Below are positions 20,981 to 31,251 of a stretch of DNA of 64,000 nucleotides, one piece after another. A model generated the notes under the pieces. The model ran no database searches. It was given only the letters and a program-made list of their open reading frames with translations, and was not told the DNA's origin. Position numbers and translations under genes: made by a program. Every line of letters starts with the position of its first letter. The stretch's first letter is position 1. Source of the DNA: Nitrosopumilus sp. (lineage in GTDB: Archaea; Thermoproteota; Nitrososphaeria; Nitrososphaerales; Nitrosopumilaceae); contig CBDBGZ010000009.1 of NCBI GenBank assembly GCA_965205425.1, positions 512,001 to 576,000 on the forward strand, in the 5' to 3' direction.

Positions 20981-22333
20981 CTTATTTTTATAAACATAAA
21001 ACCATGAAAGAGATTTATCAAATTTTGATGATTTGTTTATTGTTCCAATTCTCTGTGAGGGTCTAGTTAGATGCCTGTGAGCAGATATTTTTGGTAGATA
21101 GAGTTGTTTGTTGATCTTCCTTGAAATTTCAAAAGGTATTTTTCTAGAGGCTTTTCTTCCACAACGAATACACTGAAATCCTTGATTCAGACCCTTAGAT
21201 TTCATTTTTTTATTACATTTTTTACATTCGGGGTTAGATTTTGAGATGTTCTTTACAAGAGAAATTACATCAAGGAATTCTAGATTAATAATTCTTGGAT
21301 AATTTTTTGAAGCCTTTCTAACTCCACCTCCTACACATATTTTGTCTCCCTTTAACAAATTTGAAGCAACGACAGTCATTCCAGTGGGTTTGTAAACAGC
21401 ACACCAAAATTCATGATTATTAGAAGTGATTTTAAAAAAAACATGACCACCTTTTACAATTTTTGGAATATTTGATACTATTCCAGTGATTTTTCCAGAA
21501 GAATATGGTTTCATATTTTCAAAATTTAATTCATTTTTCAAATGATCACCAGTTCCCTGATTGGATTTGAAGATCATATAGCCATCTAATTTTTCAGATG
21601 TTTTGAGAATTTTAGTAGCATAAACCAAAGAATCCACATTTTCGCCCCGTACACCATAAAAAACAGGATCTGGACCATGTGGAGTAATTAAAACTCGACC
21701 TTTCTTTGTATCAAAGCTGTTAAACGTGTTCGGAGATGTTTTTTCCTGCATATTTTTTACACTGTTATTGGAAATTTTTCTTTCTTTTCCAAATTTTGAT
21801 TTTTTACGATAGCTTAAAAGTTCCAATGTATGATCATGAAAATCATATCCTATTGCACCTATAGCACCAACTAATCCCTGACCATTACCCTGATAGTAAA
21901 TTTCAAGTTTATTTTTTTTAGCAAATGTTTTTGCATTATTACGATTAATCAATTGCCATAAAGCTAATTTGCTAAATTTAGTGAATTCAGATGGAATACT
22001 ATCACTCTCAAAAAATACAAGTCCCGGATTAGCACCATTTTTAGTATCAGAGTATTTTGAAACAAGGTTTTTAATTTGGTTTTTAATTTTAGATGGATTT
22101 TTTGTTTTTATTTTAAAAGAAACTGCACCATTTCCTCTAGTTTTCCATGGAATGTTAGGATTGAATCTGATTAATCGTGGAAAATCCAAAAATTCAATTT
22201 TTTGTTTTTGGAGTGAATCTACAATTTTGTATGCTAAAAAGGTGGTACACATACCTTTAGGGGAATCAGTATCATCAAATCCAACATTAAGTACAGTTTC
22301 CTTTTCCATGACTTGTTTTAACTGATTAGACAT
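20978..22333 (-). CDS. tiaS: tRNA(Ile2) agmatinylcytidine synthase
   Basis: GFDDTDS..GMCTT, NPNIPWKTRGNGA, PHGPDPVFYGVRG, SNQGT, OB fold, and a C-terminal Zn ribbon ending RHLTRP. Confidence 0.93.
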   Translation of the reverse strand: MSNQLKQVMEKETVLNVGFDDTDSPKGMCTTFLAYKIVDSLQKQKIEFLDFPRLIRFNPNIPWKTRGNGAVSFKIKTKNPSKIKNQIKNLVSKYSDTKNGANPGLVFFESDSIPSEFTKFSKLALWQLINRNNAKTFAKKNKLEIYYQGNGQGLVGAIGAIGYDFHDHTLELLSYRKKSKFGKERKISNNSVKNMQEKTSPNTFNSFDTKKGRVLITPHGPDPVFYGVRGENVDSLVYATKILKTSEKLDGYMIFKSNQGTGDHLKNELNFENMKPYSSGKITGIVSNIPKIVKGGHVFFKITSNNHEFWCAVYKPTGMTVVASNLLKGDKICVGGGVRKASKNYPRIINLEFLDVISLVKNISKSNPECKKCNKKMKSKGLNQGFQCIRCGRKASRKIPFEISRKINKQLYLPKISAHRHLTRPSQRIGTINKSSKFDKSLSWFYVYKNK

Positions 22334-22391
22334 TTTTAGTTGTTGTAAGCTTCAGTTGATTTAAATTAATAACGTATCATTCCAAGCTGAA

Positions 22392-23387
22392 TTGATCATA
22401 GTAGATGAAGCAAGAATTTTCAAAGAAATAGAAGAAAAAAACCCTGCATCTATTTCATTAAATGGACCAGATGGCATGTTACCTCAAATTCAAGATATGG
22501 CAATTAAAATTTCAGCAAAATATGACATTCCAGCATATGTTTTAGCAGATACCACATGGGGAACTTGTGATTTGAATACTACAGGTTCAAAAGTACTAGG
22601 AGCAGAAATTCAATTTAACATTGGACATACAATTAATACTGAATCATTAGAAAAAAATTTAGTTTTAATTGATGCATTTGACGATGTTGGATTTGATAGT
22701 GTTGCAGAACAATGTACAGATATCTTAAAAGGGAAATTGATTTCGCTTGTTACAGACAGTCAACATTTACATCAAATAGATAAAGTTGAAAAAATTTTTA
22801 TAAAAAATGGAATTAAAGTGAAAATTGGAAAAGGAAAAGGACAGTTAAATGACGGTCAAGTATTTGGTTGTGAATTCTATCCTGCAACAGAATTAAAAAA
22901 AGAAGTTGATGCCTATGTATTTTTAGGACAAAGTAATTTTCATGCAGCAGGAATTGCATTATCAACAAATTTACCAACATTTGTTTTAGATCCTTATTTT
23001 AATGAAGTAAGAGAAGTAACAGAATTTGCACGTTCACTCAAAAAGAAAGCGTCACTAGCAATATTCAAAGCAGCAGAAGCAAAATCATTTGGAATAATTA
23101 TTGGGTTAAAAGAAGGACAACTATCAAAAGTATTTGGCTTGAAATTTAAGAAGGAGTTAGAAAAAGAAGGAAAATCAGTTCAGTTATTTGCACTTACAGA
23201 TATTACAAATGAACGATTAAACAATCTTAGAGGTATTGATGCATTTATTCAGGTTGCATGCCCAAGAATTTCCACAGATAATCAATTTGACAAGCCAGTA
23301 TTGTCTACACCTCAGGCTAATGCACTTCTAAAAGTTTTACGAAAAGAAGACATTGGTGAATATTTAGAAATTCCACACTGGTTATAA
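22392..23387 (+). CDS. dph2: Diphthamide biosynthesis 3-amino-3-carboxypropyl transferase
   Basis: WGTCD, GQVFGC, ACPRI (three Fe-S cysteines), KEGQ. Confidence 0.92.
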   Translation: MIIVDEARIFKEIEEKNPASISLNGPDGMLPQIQDMAIKISAKYDIPAYVLADTTWGTCDLNTTGSKVLGAEIQFNIGHTINTESLEKNLVLIDAFDDVGFDSVAEQCTDILKGKLISLVTDSQHLHQIDKVEKIFIKNGIKVKIGKGKGQLNDGQVFGCEFYPATELKKEVDAYVFLGQSNFHAAGIALSTNLPTFVLDPYFNEVREVTEFARSLKKKASLAIFKAAEAKSFGIIIGLKEGQLSKVFGLKFKKELEKEGKSVQLFALTDITNERLNNLRGIDAFIQVACPRISTDNQFDKPVLSTPQANALLKVLRKEDIGEYLEIPHWL

Positions 23388-23996
23388 TTACAAAACTAAT
23401 TTTTTAAATCTATCATCATTAGAGAGTTTTTCAAATAATTTTAATTTTTTAGCTTTTATTTTGTATTGTGTTCCTTGAGAAATTGCACATTCAAGTAAAT
23501 CCAAAGCTTCTTCGTTTTTAGACATCATTACAAAGCTACAGGATTTATCAAATAAAACATCCCCATTTTCCGGATAATCATTCAAAATTAGATTACAGCA
23601 TTTAATAGATTCATCATAATTTTCCATAGAAAATAAAATTCGTTCTTTATGATATAATGCAATATTGTATTTTGGATTGTTATTTAGAAGGTTATTACAA
23701 ATGGATAAAGCAGCAACAAAATTTCCCTGTTTCCGAAATGAGGATATTTTGTTTACCAATACTAAAAGATCATCAGGAGAAATCTCTAAAGCTGCATCAT
23801 AACATTTCATAGCAGCATCATAATCTTTGAGTTTATTCAAAGCATATCCCTTATTGTTAAGAGAGCTTAAATGATTAGAATTTTCAGATAAAATTTTATC
23901 ATAATATGAAATTGCTTCATGTAATTTCCCTTGTAAAAATAATCTATTACCTTCATCCAATATTGAATTTGTTTTTGGATCTTCCATTTCGATCAA
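23388..23996 (-). CDS. Tetratricopeptide repeat protein
   Basis: Repeated TPR consensus (NNKGYALNKLKDYDAAMKCYDAALEISP). Confidence 0.88.
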   Translation of the reverse strand: MIEMEDPKTNSILDEGNRLFLQGKLHEAISYYDKILSENSNHLSSLNNKGYALNKLKDYDAAMKCYDAALEISPDDLLVLVNKISSFRKQGNFVAALSICNNLLNNNPKYNIALYHKERILFSMENYDESIKCCNLILNDYPENGDVLFDKSCSFVMMSKNEEALDLLECAISQGTQYKIKAKKLKLFEKLSNDDRFKKLVL

Positions 23997-25069
23997 GACT
24001 CTGATTTGATCAAGATTTTTCCAAATAGTCCTTTGCCTTTGAGCATTTTTGTGTGAGCTTCAGCAGCTTCTTCTAACGAATACACAGAATCAATAATAGA
24101 TTTTATTTTTCCTTGAGACATCCAGTATAGTCCTTGTTCTAATTCAGCTCTTGTACCTTGAGTTGAGCCTAAAATGTTAATTCCCTTAAAGAAAATATGA
24201 CGTAAGTCAGTTTTAACATCATAACCTGTTGTTGCACCAGTAGTGACAATTGTTCCACCATAATTGAGTAAGGTTAATTCTTTGTTCCAGTGAGAACCAC
24301 CAATGTGTTCAAAAATTACATCAACACCAGGAGCATCACCTAATTGTTTAGGGATTTTTTTTGCAATTGATCTTACTTCTTTATGCCAATCTTCTTTTCG
24401 ATGATCTACAGCAAAATCTGCTCCAAGTTCCAATAATTTATCTAATTTATCTGGACTTGCAGTTGCAATAACAATACATCCAAAAAGTTTTGCAATTTGA
24501 ATCCCATAATTACCAACTCCGGAACTTCCACCCATAATCAAAACTATTTGTCCTGGTTGAATTTTTGCTCTACCAACTAACATATGCCATGAAGTTAACA
24601 TAGTCATTGATGCAGCTGCTGCGTCATCATATGAAACATCTTCAGGAATTTTTACGACGTTAACTTCTGGAAGATGTGTAAATTCACAATATCCTCCCCA
24701 AAGAGGGCCTGTTTCAAAACCCCAAATAGTACGTTTTTTGCAATCAAATTCTCTACCTGCCGTACATCTTTTGCAAACTCTACATGACATATTACCATGA
24801 GAAACAACTCTATCTCCAATTTTGATATTTTTTACATCACTTCCAATTGCTGTTACTTCTCCGGCAGCATCTGTTCCAGAAATATGGGGTAATGGAATAG
24901 CTAAGGGTTTACCCCTCATTCCCCAAATATCATCATAATTTAGTGCAGTAGCTTTTACTTTGATGATTACTTCATTGGATTTTGGTTCAGGGATAGGAAT
25001 ATCTTTAATTTTTAAGATTTTAGAAAAATCATCATCATCTGTATATTGATCATATACCAGAGCTTTCAT
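23993..25069 (-). CDS. Zn-binding medium-chain dehydrogenase/reductase (acryloyl-CoA reductase candidate)
   Basis: GTDAAGEV, structural Zn CxxCxxCx7C, GGSSGVG, GKILI. No catalytic-Zn Cys/His (ALNYDD), typical of enoyl/quinone reductases. Confidence 0.75.
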   Translation of the reverse strand: MKALVYDQYTDDDDFSKILKIKDIPIPEPKSNEVIIKVKATALNYDDIWGMRGKPLAIPLPHISGTDAAGEVTAIGSDVKNIKIGDRVVSHGNMSCRVCKRCTAGREFDCKKRTIWGFETGPLWGGYCEFTHLPEVNVVKIPEDVSYDDAAAASMTMLTSWHMLVGRAKIQPGQIVLIMGGSSGVGNYGIQIAKLFGCIVIATASPDKLDKLLELGADFAVDHRKEDWHKEVRSIAKKIPKQLGDAPGVDVIFEHIGGSHWNKELTLLNYGGTIVTTGATTGYDVKTDLRHIFFKGINILGSTQGTRAELEQGLYWMSQGKIKSIIDSVYSLEEAAEAHTKMLKGKGLFGKILIKSES

Positions 25070-25119
25070 GATTTTTATCTAATTTGTGGAGATATATGAT
25101 TTATCAAGATCTTTCAAAC

Positions 25120-26163
25120 TGTTCTTTCCAAAAATTATTTCGTGTCACTTTCATGAGTAATTCCTCCATAGAATGCTTGGGTCTATGAGTATTTCGTTTG
25201 TTATCATCTTGGAGTGATACGCATCAGATGGTGTCTCCATATTATCCAAGTCTAGTGCGCCATGAACTCTAATGTGATTGTACCAATGCATAAACTGCTC
25301 CACTGACTCAAAGTATTCTATTTTACACTCAAAGATATCCCAGAACTTTTCTAGCTTACCATTTGTTTGTGGATGTCTCACTCTTGTACGAGAGTGCTTT
25401 ACGTGATGTCTCATTAGTTGCTGCTCAAAGTCTACTGGCTTGTTATGATCAAGAGTATTGACATTTGATGTGAACTGTTTTCCATTATCAGATAGTACGG
25501 ATGCTGGTCTACCGTGATTCTTTATTGCATCAGATAGTACTGCAGAAGAATTCACAGATGTTGCCTCATCATACACTCCGAAACCCGTGATAAATCGTGA
25601 GGCATCATCTTCAAATGCAATTAGTTGTTTTCCTGCCCAGCGTGAATCATGTATTGTGTGCCAGTCAGTATGCCACAGTGAATTTGAATATTCACGTTCA
25701 TACCTGATCCACTTTCTTCTCATCTTTTTCCGTGGTTGCTCAACTGATAATCCTTCATCTAGCATAATCTTGTGGATGCGATTGTGGTTTATCTTGGTAT
25801 TGTACAATTTTGATATGATTTTCTCAAGGTATAGTGCGTTTGTATGAAATTTTTCTTGAACTTGTTTGACTAGCTCTATCTCGTGTACAGTGACTGGCTT
25901 TTTTGGACGCCCTGGCCTTTTGAGTGTGGGAATCTTTTTGGTTTTTTTGTACTGAGAGTAGACTTGTTGTACTCTTCTAGGCGTTATCTTGAGGATTACT
26001 GAAATATCTAAATTCTTGACTTTTTCATTTTTAGATTGTATAATCCACCTGATCTTATTCTCATCTAACTTTACCATAGGTATGCCACGATACCCACGCA
26101 TACGATAGTATGGGAATGATGCTCTCCTAGTTAAGGGGTGAAATAATTTCCGGAAAAGATACA
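25120..26163 (-). mobile_element. IS481-family insertion sequence (1044 bp) with 13-bp target site duplication
   Basis: TGT...ACA ends. Imperfect IRs TGTTCTTTCCAAAAATTATTTC / TGTATCTTTTCCGGAAATTATTTC. Direct repeat AGATCTTTCAAAC at 25107-25119 and 26164-26176. Confidence 0.92.
25151..26077 (-). CDS. IS481-family DDE transposase
   Basis: HTH N-terminus, LWHTDW, DDASR, LSDNGKQF, PQTNGKLEKF, YNHIRVH. ATG at 26077 is preferred because the ORF-track start lies at the IS edge. Confidence 0.92.
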   Translation of the reverse strand: MVKLDENKIRWIIQSKNEKVKNLDISVILKITPRRVQQVYSQYKKTKKIPTLKRPGRPKKPVTVHEIELVKQVQEKFHTNALYLEKIISKLYNTKINHNRIHKIMLDEGLSVEQPRKKMRRKWIRYEREYSNSLWHTDWHTIHDSRWAGKQLIAFEDDASRFITGFGVYDEATSVNSSAVLSDAIKNHGRPASVLSDNGKQFTSNVNTLDHNKPVDFEQQLMRHHVKHSRTRVRHPQTNGKLEKFWDIFECKIEYFESVEQFMHWYNHIRVHGALDLDNMETPSDAYHSKMITNEILIDPSILWRNYS

Positions 26164-26213
26164 AGATCTTTCAAACCACAAACAATTATAATCATAAAAA
26201 CAAAATTCTCATT

Positions 26214-26765
26214 ATGTCTGAAAATGCAATCTTCCCAGGAGACAAAATAGCATCCATAGAAGAATATGAGGCAGGAAATAATGCTTTTGACGATGGAGAT
26301 ATGGTAAGAGCAGCAACAATAGGTGAAAAAGACATTGATAAAGTATCACGAACTGCAAACGTTAATCATCCAAAACTTCTATCCATACCAAAAGTGGGGG
26401 ATGTCATAATTGGTACCGTTGCTGCAATAATGTCATCTATGATTGCAGTATCAATTGATTACATAAATGGAAAACCTACCACATCAAAAGTAGAATGTGT
26501 TTGTGGAACACGAAATTTGAGAATTCGAAATGTTGCATTAGTTAATGACATTGTTTCACTAAAAATTCTTAATCATCTTAATGGTACTATTCATGCATCA
26601 ATTAGTGAACCAAATTTAGGAATTATATTTACTAAATGTAGAAAATGTGGAGGAAAAGTTGTTCCAATGCGTGATGCAATAAAATGTACAGACTGTGCAT
26701 GGATTGATGAGAGAAAACTTTCTGCAAACTTTGGAAATAGTGATTTCGTAAATTTAAGAGGTTAA
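26214..26765 (+). CDS. csl4: Exosome complex RNA-binding protein Csl4
   Basis: PGDKIASIEEY, S1 domain PKVGDVIIG, C-terminal Zn ribbon and ERKLS. Confidence 0.9.
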   Translation: MSENAIFPGDKIASIEEYEAGNNAFDDGDMVRAATIGEKDIDKVSRTANVNHPKLLSIPKVGDVIIGTVAAIMSSMIAVSIDYINGKPTTSKVECVCGTRNLRIRNVALVNDIVSLKILNHLNGTIHASISEPNLGIIFTKCRKCGGKVVPMRDAIKCTDCAWIDERKLSANFGNSDFVNLRG

Positions 26766-26768
26766 AAA

Positions 26769-27584
26769 ATGATACATGTTTCGTTCCAAGGTGAACGAGG
26801 TGCTTATAGTGAAGCTGCAGGGAAATCATTTTTTAATGAACAAATAGAAACTGTTCCTTTAACAACATTTGCAGAAGTATTAGAAAGTACATCAAATGAT
26901 AAAACACAATATTCTGTTTTACCAGTAGAAAATTCACTTGAAGGAAGTGTTGGTGAGAGTTATGATTTGTTATATTCAACATCTCTAAATGCAACAGGTG
27001 AAATTTACCATAGAATTGAGCATTGTTTAATTGGAACTGGAAACATTGATGAAATAGATACAGTGTATTCTCACCCTCAAGCTTTAGGTCAATGTAGAAA
27101 GTTTATTGAAGAACATGATATGAAAACAATTCCTACGTATGATACTGCAGGAAGTGTAAAAATGTTGAAAGAACTAAACAAAAGAAATTGTGCATGTATT
27201 GCTAGTAAAGATGCAGCTGAAAGATATGGAATGCCTGTAATTCAAGAAAACATTGCAAATAATCTGAATAATTATACTAGATTTTTGATTTTATCTAAAA
27301 AAAATAGTTCTGAAACTAGTAATGATAAAACATCAATAATTTTTTCAATAAAACATGAACCAGGCTCATTATTTCGAATAATTGAAAATTTTCATGAAAA
27401 TAATGTCAATTTAACAAAAATTGAATCAAGACCAACTAAAGAAAATACTTGGGAATACAATTTCTATGTAGATTTTGAGGGACATGAAAATAACTCGAAG
27501 ATTTTAGACATGTTGAAAAAAATTAAAGACGAAACTCTATTTATGAAAATTTTAGGTTCTTATCCTTCAGCAAAATTAAGCTAA
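26769..27584 (+). CDS. pheA: Prephenate dehydratase
   Basis: QGERGAYSE, PVENSLEG, SHPQALGQC, NYTRF, ACT domain with TKIESRP. Confidence 0.95.
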   Translation: MIHVSFQGERGAYSEAAGKSFFNEQIETVPLTTFAEVLESTSNDKTQYSVLPVENSLEGSVGESYDLLYSTSLNATGEIYHRIEHCLIGTGNIDEIDTVYSHPQALGQCRKFIEEHDMKTIPTYDTAGSVKMLKELNKRNCACIASKDAAERYGMPVIQENIANNLNNYTRFLILSKKNSSETSNDKTSIIFSIKHEPGSLFRIIENFHENNVNLTKIESRPTKENTWEYNFYVDFEGHENNSKILDMLKKIKDETLFMKILGSYPSAKLS

Positions 27585-28081
27585 AAACCTTTAGGTTTTC
27601 TTAAAGTAAAACCCATACTAAATCCAATAATTACCATTCCAGATGTAATCACCATAAGATCAAAAGTAAACCATATTGGATCAGAGCTTCTAATTAATTC
27701 CCCAATAATATGTAATTCAGAATTACCAGTATTTTGAATGTGAATTTTTGTTTCACCATCTTCCAAATGAATCCATTCTAAAGTCAATGGTTCGTCAACT
27801 CTATTTTTGAATGATTCTACAGTATTTTCAGAGTCAGGAGAAGGAATTTGTAAACCTAAACCTGGACTTGTAAGTTTAAGATCAAATGCAGCACCAAAAA
27901 TTTCCAAATGTTGTGGTGAATGGTTAGGTGCAGGAATTGTATAAAATGCAGAATCACCTACTCCAACAACATAATCTTCATGAATTGTAATTGTTCCAAT
28001 ATGAGTAATTAACGAATAGCCTCCAATTGCAATAATTGCAGTTCCAATAATCATTCCAATAATAGTTCGTTTAGAAAGCAT
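27581..28081 (-). CDS. Hypothetical membrane protein (N- and C-terminal TM helices)
   Basis: 166-aa ORF with two hydrophobic segments. Confidence 0.7.
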   Translation of the reverse strand: MLSKRTIIGMIIGTAIIAIGGYSLITHIGTITIHEDYVVGVGDSAFYTIPAPNHSPQHLEIFGAAFDLKLTSPGLGLQIPSPDSENTVESFKNRVDEPLTLEWIHLEDGETKIHIQNTGNSELHIIGELIRSSDPIWFTFDLMVITSGMVIIGFSMGFTLRKPKGF

Positions 28082-28117
28082 ATACTGGAATACTCTAGAT
28101 ACTGTTTAAAAAATTAT

Positions 28118-29548
28118 CTACATTAAAGAAACATCATGAGGCTGACTTTCTGCAAATCCAGCTCGTGACATTTTGATAAATTCTGCATTTTCTTGCATTT
28201 GTGGAATTGTATGAGCACCACAATAACTCAAGCCAGAACGTACACCACCAGTAAGTTGTTTTAGAATATCAGTTACAGTACCTTTGTAAGGAACCATTGC
28301 TTCAACTCCTTCTGCAACATAATCATTAAGGTCATCATCAAGAGACATCGAGCCAGTTTCTTTAGATTTTCTTCCAATTGAAGCAGCAAGTGATGCCATT
28401 CCACGATATACTTTGAATCGTTTTCCATTTTTAGTCAAAACAGTACCTGGAGATTCATCAGTTCCTCCAAGCATGCTGCCTACCATTACAGTAGAAGCAC
28501 CAGATGCTAATGCTTTGGTTGCATCACCAGAAGTTCTAGTCCCACCATCTGAAATAATTGGAATACCATGATCCTTTCCAACTTTTGCACAGTCCATTAC
28601 TGCAGTTAATTGAGGAACACCAGAACCAGTAATTACTCTAGTAATACAAATTGAACCTGAACCTACACCCACCTTTACTGCATCAACTCCTGCTTTAATC
28701 AAATCTTCTGCTCCTTGAGCAGTCGCAATATTTCCTGCAATTAATTCACAATCTGGAAATGCTTTTTTGATATTACGAACTGTGCTAATTGCATTTTCAC
28801 TATGTCCATGAGCTATGTCAACTACTAGTACATCGACACCTGCTTCCAAAAGAGATTCACTTCTTTCTAAAAAGTCACCTTTTACTCCAACTGCTGCACC
28901 AACTAATGGTCTACCTTTCCCATCTTTTGATGCATTTGGAAAATCAGCATTGTTTGTAATATCCTTACTTGTGATCAGACCTTTTACAATTCCTGAATCA
29001 TCAACAATTGGTAATTTTTCAATTCTATGTTTATGTAAAATTTCTTTAGATTCATCCAAAGTAACTCCAAGTTTTGCAGTTACAACGTCTTTAGTCATTA
29101 CATCCTGAATTTTGTTTGATCTATTTGCAAACAATAAATCTCTCTCAGTTACAATACCAATTAATTTCGAGTTTGAATCTACAACCAATAATCCTGAAAT
29201 TTCTTTATCCTCTGCATAGTCAAGTGCTTCTTCAATAGATTTGTCTTGGGATATTGAATAGGGGTTTTCAATCATTACACTGCCTGAACGTTTTACTTTG
29301 AGAACTTCATTTGCTTGTTCTGAAATAGTCAAAAATCTGTGAATTATTCCTATGCCTCCTGCACGTGCCATTGCACCTGCCATGGAAGATTCAGTCACAG
29401 TATCCATGTTTGCACTAACAAAAGGAATGTTAATTGAAAGATTTCTAGATAATTTTGTCGTTAGATCTGTCTGACTTCTACTAGTAATATCTGAATATTT
29501 GGGTAAGAGAAGAACGTCGTCAAAAGTTAATCCTTCTTTGAATTCCAA
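28118..29548 (-). CDS. guaB: IMP dehydrogenase (with CBS pair)
   Basis: [42 protein letters not shown] motifs. Confidence 0.96.
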   Translation of the reverse strand: MEFKEGLTFDDVLLLPKYSDITSRSQTDLTTKLSRNLSINIPFVSANMDTVTESSMAGAMARAGGIGIIHRFLTISEQANEVLKVKRSGSVMIENPYSISQDKSIEEALDYAEDKEISGLLVVDSNSKLIGIVTERDLLFANRSNKIQDVMTKDVVTAKLGVTLDESKEILHKHRIEKLPIVDDSGIVKGLITSKDITNNADFPNASKDGKGRPLVGAAVGVKGDFLERSESLLEAGVDVLVVDIAHGHSENAISTVRNIKKAFPDCELIAGNIATAQGAEDLIKAGVDAVKVGVGSGSICITRVITGSGVPQLTAVMDCAKVGKDHGIPIISDGGTRTSGDATKALASGASTVMVGSMLGGTDESPGTVLTKNGKRFKVYRGMASLAASIGRKSKETGSMSLDDDLNDYVAEGVEAMVPYKGTVTDILKQLTGGVRSGLSYCGAHTIPQMQENAEFIKMSRAGFAESQPHDVSLM

Positions 29549-29578
29549 TGAAACCTTGTTAAGAAAGTAAAATATTGA

Positions 29579-30457
29579 TTATAAGCCTTTGTGTTGCTTG
29601 GAGATATGTGAGGCGATCGTTATAGCGTCTTTAGTTGCACCTACATTATGCGTGCGAATAATATCAGCTCCATTCATGACAGAAACAGTTTCTGCTGCAA
29701 TTGAACCAAATAATCGATCAGAAGGATTGTCTTTTCCTAAAATTTTTCCTATGAATGACTTGTTAGAAACTGAGATCAGAATGGGGTGATTCTGTTTTAT
29801 GGTATTTAGATTTTTTATAATTAAAAGATCTCTGTCTAACCAATCAGATTTAATTTTTGTATAAAAAGATCCTTTACCAGTTTTTCTAAAAAACCCAATA
29901 GCAGGATCTAAGACAATTTTTTCAAGAGGAATATGTGATTTTTTTGCAATCATTAAGCTCTCTCTAAGTAGTTTTTTAGTTACAGTGATGGGATTTCCCA
30001 CAGATGTCTTTGAGTCAAATGCACATAAAATTAGTGAAGGAGTAAATTTTGAAATAACTTCTTGCATTTTTTTGTCATATTTTAGTCCAGAAATATCATT
30101 GATTATTTCAACTCCATTCTCTAAAGCATCTTTAGCAACACTTGCTCTACAAGTATCAACAGATATTGGAAGATTTGTAAAATTTTGAATTACTTTTATT
30201 GCATTTAGAATTCTTTTTGACTCTGTTTTTTCTGAAATAGTTGTAGACAGATATGGAGCAGTAGACATTCCTCCGACATCAATAAAATCTACCCCTTGAT
30301 TTTCCATTTGTTTTACGGCATTTTTTATTAACGTTTTACTGGTATTGACAGACTTTTTGTAAAATGATTCAGGACTAGTATTTAAAATCCCCATAATACG
30401 CACAGGGTTTTTTCCACCCACACCTATGTTTGCAATTTTTGCCACATGGTTTATCAA
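29579..30457 (-). CDS. folP: Dihydropteroate synthase
   Basis: MGILNTSPESF, IDVGGMSTAP, SVDT, INDISG, LDPAIGF, SNKSFIG, IRTHNV. Probable start is GTG at 30445. Confidence 0.88.
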   Translation of the reverse strand: MINHVAKIANIGVGGKNPVRIMGILNTSPESFYKKSVNTSKTLIKNAVKQMENQGVDFIDVGGMSTAPYLSTTISEKTESKRILNAIKVIQNFTNLPISVDTCRASVAKDALENGVEIINDISGLKYDKKMQEVISKFTPSLILCAFDSKTSVGNPITVTKKLLRESLMIAKKSHIPLEKIVLDPAIGFFRKTGKGSFYTKIKSDWLDRDLLIIKNLNTIKQNHPILISVSNKSFIGKILGKDNPSDRLFGSIAAETVSVMNGADIIRTHNVGATKDAITIASHISKQHKGL

Positions 30458-30469
30458 ATCTAATACAAT

Positions 30470-31216
30470 TTGAGTGATATGATGATTCTAGGTTGGAAAA
30501 AGCAATACATTAAGATTTTAAAAGAATTCGATTATGATGAAAAAAAGGATAAAGAATCAACTATTATTTTAGATTCTATTTTAAAAAAAACGGATATCAA
30601 TAAAAAAATCATTGAGTTAGTAAAAAATGAAACAGTTTTCATAATTGGTTCAGGACCATCTTTATCATCAGCCATTCCAATATTAAAAAAATATAAAAAA
30701 AATGTAAAAATTGTTGCAGATAGTTCAGTTAAACCACTTGTAGAAAATGGGATAATTCCAGATATTGTGGTTACGGATTTAGATGGAGACGAAAGAGTAT
30801 TGGAAAAAATTGGAAAAACAAATTCAATTTTTGTTGTACATGCACATGGAGACAATATAAAAAAATTAGAGTTTACAAAAAAATTTAAAAATTGTATTGG
30901 AACCACTCAAACATCACCACAAGGTAAAATTGAAAATTTTGGAGGATTTACAGATGGAGACAGAGGAGTTTTTCTAGCAGAACATTTTCAGGCAAAAAAA
31001 ATTATTTTATTTGGAATGGATTTTGGCAAACGAATAGGAAAATTTTCAGAAACCAAAAAATCAGACAGAAAAATAAAATTGATGAAATTAGAAAAAGGCG
31101 AATCTCTTTTGAAATGGCTATCCACCTTTACAAAATCTGAATTGTTTACGACATCAAAATCAATTGAAGGATTTAAAAAAATATCATACAATGAACTGGA
31201 TATTATAATTACCTAG
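30470..31216 (+). CDS. mptE: 6-hydroxymethyl-7,8-dihydropterin pyrophosphokinase (DUF115/MptE)
   Basis: IGSGPSL, VTDLDG, HAHGDN, NFGGFTDGDR, GMDFG motifs. Probable start is ATG at 30479 or 30482. Confidence 0.9.
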   Translation: MSDMMILGWKKQYIKILKEFDYDEKKDKESTIILDSILKKTDINKKIIELVKNETVFIIGSGPSLSSAIPILKKYKKNVKIVADSSVKPLVENGIIPDIVVTDLDGDERVLEKIGKTNSIFVVHAHGDNIKKLEFTKKFKNCIGTTQTSPQGKIENFGGFTDGDRGVFLAEHFQAKKIILFGMDFGKRIGKFSETKKSDRKIKLMKLEKGESLLKWLSTFTKSELFTTSKSIEGFKKISYNELDIIIT

Positions 31217-31251
31217 AATGCATTTAATACCCATTCCTCATTAATCAAATC

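Noticed and set aside
20806..21066. Plus-strand ORFs of 86 and 61 aa
   Set aside because: They overlap the tRNA-Met gene and tiaS; spurious.
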